Sequence record: MZ234040.1
Reading direction: 5' to 3' (one strand)
Length of the DNA stretch: 64,000 bases
Origin: Escherichia phage vB_EcoM-G3G7
How positions within the stretch are numbered: position 1 is the first letter of the stretch; each line of letters begins with the position of its first letter. Under the pieces are notes generated by a model that did no database searches, was not told the DNA's origin, and saw nothing but the letters and a program-made list of their open reading frames with translations. The position numbers and the translations under genes were made by a program. Below are positions 62,132 through 64,000 of the stretch, piece by piece.

Positions 62132-62509
62132 TTGGAGAATAAAATGAACTACATCAACTTTGAACGTAAATATGTTTCTAATGGTATTGCAGGTTCTATT
62201 GATACTATTTGCCTTTGGAAACATCAAAATGGATCAGTATGCGAAATTGAGCAGTATATGACTCCTAATTACGTTTATATGCGATTTGAAAACGGTATCA
62301 CGGTTTCAATCACGATGGAAGGTTCCAACTTTAAAATCGCTCTGGATGATGATTTCCGTGAACGCGATTTAGGGACTCATCCTTGCTGGAATGGCGTTAA
62401 TCGCAAGCTTTTGGTTAAAACTTGGATTCGTCATATTCTGAGTAACAGAGCTAAACCTGAGCATCTTGAAGCAATCTTTGATGTAGTTCTTAACGAATTT
62501 GATATTTAA
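62132..62509 (+). CDS. Hypothetical protein, 125 aa
   Basis: ORF with GGAGAA upstream. Confidence 0.5.
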   Translation: MENKMNYINFERKYVSNGIAGSIDTICLWKHQNGSVCEIEQYMTPNYVYMRFENGITVSITMEGSNFKIALDDDFRERDLGTHPCWNGVNRKLLVKTWIRHILSNRAKPEHLEAIFDVVLNEFDI

Positions 62510-62517
62510 AATAAATG

Positions 62518-62533
62518 AGGGGCTTTGGCCCCT
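62518..62533 (+). terminator. Hairpin aggggc-tttg-gcccct (no T-run)
   Basis: 6-bp GC-rich stem just after the preceding stop. Confidence 0.35.
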
Positions 62534-62549
62534 TACTGAGGAAAATGTT

Positions 62550-62837
62550 ATGTTTATGACTACTTATTTTGATACCCGTAAAAACTTCTGCGAAGTAGTT
62601 TTCTCAAAGGCGCCTAAAGACCTTCCTGCACATTTGCAACCTACTAGCGAATCGATTAAAAACTACGTTAATGTAGTCTGCCCTTTAGAGTTCCGTACTG
62701 TAAATGGGCGCGATACTTTAGCTATCACTAAACTCAATCGCGAAATTGACATTGATCCCTCAATTGCACGTGAAATTAATAGTTCTGATATTAATGGCGG
62801 TAATGTTAAATCGCACGGTTTTCAGATGAGGTTTTAA
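62550..62837 (+). CDS. Hypothetical protein, 95 aa
   Basis: ATG 62550 after GAGGAAA; ORF-track start 62499 would include the hairpin. Confidence 0.4.
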   Translation: MFMTTYFDTRKNFCEVVFSKAPKDLPAHLQPTSESIKNYVNVVCPLEFRTVNGRDTLAITKLNREIDIDPSIAREINSSDINGGNVKSHGFQMRF

Positions 62838-63034
62838 TGAAATTCTTTTTAGGTCAAACTGTTGAATTAAAGGGAGTTGGTATACCTGGATTAATTTCTA
62901 AGGTTCTACCTCCATTTAAATGGAGTGGTATTCAAATAAAAGAGGCTTATATTGTTTCCTGGGTAGATGGAAATGAAGACCTTCGTATGGGTGATGAATT
63001 ATCTCCTATCTACGGATTAAAGGAAATAGTATGA
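62837..63034 (+). CDS. Hypothetical protein, 65 aa
   Basis: ORF only. Confidence 0.4.
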   Translation: MKFFLGQTVELKGVGIPGLISKVLPPFKWSGIQIKEAYIVSWVDGNEDLRMGDELSPIYGLKEIV

Positions 63035-63237
63035 ATATAATTAATAAGATTTTTGGAATTCAGTACATTAAGGTCACATATAAAGTAACAGATAAAAATC
63101 CATATACTGATGAACACGAAGAACCACAAGTTAAGTCTATTATATTAGAAAAGGACCCTAACTGGCCAGTTGAATTTCGTCTTCCTTGCTATGGTCATTG
63201 GGCTGATGTTGAAATTATAAGCATTGAAAATGTCTGA
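63031..63237 (+). CDS. Hypothetical protein, 68 aa
   Basis: ORF only. Confidence 0.4.
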   Translation: MNIINKIFGIQYIKVTYKVTDKNPYTDEHEEPQVKSIILEKDPNWPVEFRLPCYGHWADVEIISIENV

Positions 63238-63688
63238 GTTAGAGATTAGAAGCAATTTTAGGTGGCCATCATGTGCATTAAGTAATTTCGCCCATTGGCC
63301 TTTCGTTATGGATGGCATTCAATTTGGAGGTCTTGAAGGATTCCTCCAAGGATGCAAAGTGAAAAATGTTGAACAACAACGTCGTATATTTGGGTTATCC
63401 GGGCTTGCCGCCCAACAAGCTGGAAGGTCTTATGCAAGAGCTCAGGACCGTGGGACCCTCTTCTGGCTTGGAGTTCCATTTTCAAGATACTCCCCGGCGT
63501 GGAAAGAATTATACACAAATGCATATTTTGAAGCAGCGATCCAAAACAAGGGCTTCCGTGATGCATTACAAGCCTCGAAAGGAAAAGTTTTGAAGCACAG
63601 CATGGCTAGTGGTCTAACAAAAGATGATACAATACTAACCGAAGCTGAATTTATTGATGTGTTAAACCTATTAAGAGACTCTCTATGA
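63230..63688 (+). CDS. NADAR / YbiA-like (DUF1768) domain protein
   Basis: 152 aa from ATG 63230; SNFAHWPFVMDG...EGFLQGCK and AAQQAGRS blocks parallel the E. coli YbiA motifs SNFAAWPIKVDG...EHYFQAQK and AARMGR (recalled); locally raised GC. Confidence 0.6.
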   Translation: MSELEIRSNFRWPSCALSNFAHWPFVMDGIQFGGLEGFLQGCKVKNVEQQRRIFGLSGLAAQQAGRSYARAQDRGTLFWLGVPFSRYSPAWKELYTNAYFEAAIQNKGFRDALQASKGKVLKHSMASGLTKDDTILTEAEFIDVLNLLRDSL

Positions 63689-64000
63689 AGCCTACTATTT
63701 TAACTGATATTGATGGAGTATGTTTAAGCTGGCAATCAGGCCTTCCTTATTTTGCTCAGAAATATAATCTTCCGTTAGAACATATTTTAAAAATGATCCA
63801 GGATGAGAAATTTATTTCTCCTGGTAAACTATTTAATTGCGATGAAGAACTTGGCGTTAAGCTAATTGAAAAATACAATCGTTCGGATTTTATTCGATAC
63901 TTGTCTCCATATAAAGATGCCCTGTGTGTAATTAACAAATTAAAAGAAGATTATAATTTTGTAGCTGTTACAGCATTGGGTGATTCTATTGACGCTCTGC
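63685..64000 (+). CDS. HAD-like phosphatase / nucleotidase-like protein, partial (3' end beyond window)
   Basis: N-terminal motif ILTDIDGV (HAD motif I DxDG); runs to the window end. Confidence 0.45.
   Translation, partial: MKPTILTDIDGVCLSWQSGLPYFAQKYNLPLEHILKMIQDEKFISPGKLFNCDEELGVKLIEKYNRSDFIRYLSPYKDALCVINKLKEDYNFVAVTALGDSIDAL

Overview
This window reads as a T-even (T4-like, Tequatrovirus) coliphage segment, in the opposite orientation to the usual T4 reference map. Gene order, judged from the translated ORFs and exact size matches to T4 proteins recalled from memory (no database search was possible), runs: helicase 41, dmd, sp, primase 61, dam, dCTPase 56, soc, modB/modA, dda, dexA, topoisomerase 39, rIIA, rIIB, denB, ndd, topoisomerase 52, motA, arn, asiA on the plus strand; then holin t and tail-fibre genes 38-37-36-35-34 on the minus strand; then rnh, dsbA, 33, 59, 32, frd, td (with its 1016-bp group I intron carrying I-TevI), nrdA, nrdB, denA, rnlA, alc, pseT, cd, 31, rIII and 30.x-type ORFs on the plus strand. 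Several features point to a T2/T6-like relative rather than T4 itself: gene 39 is one 605-aa ORF (no separate gene 60), nrdB is uninterrupted, nothing lies between nrdA and nrdB, and gp38 is the glycine-rich adhesin type. At least 18 early promoters of the form GTTTAC-N17/18-TAnTAT and several hairpin terminators are visible. The observations most worth a second look are: (1) an exact 127-bp tandem duplication that frameshifts tail-fibre gene 37; (2) an ORF with a PD-(D/E)xK-like nuclease motif, translationally coupled to dam, sitting with a convergent small membrane-protein gene between genes 61 and dam; (3) a NADAR/YbiA-like ORF with raised GC content; (4) a GC-rich, ORF-poor 0.4-kb stretch after rIII; (5) mosaic promoter/stem-loop cassettes of the PeSL type. 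None of these is proven to be a new system; each needs the checks listed.
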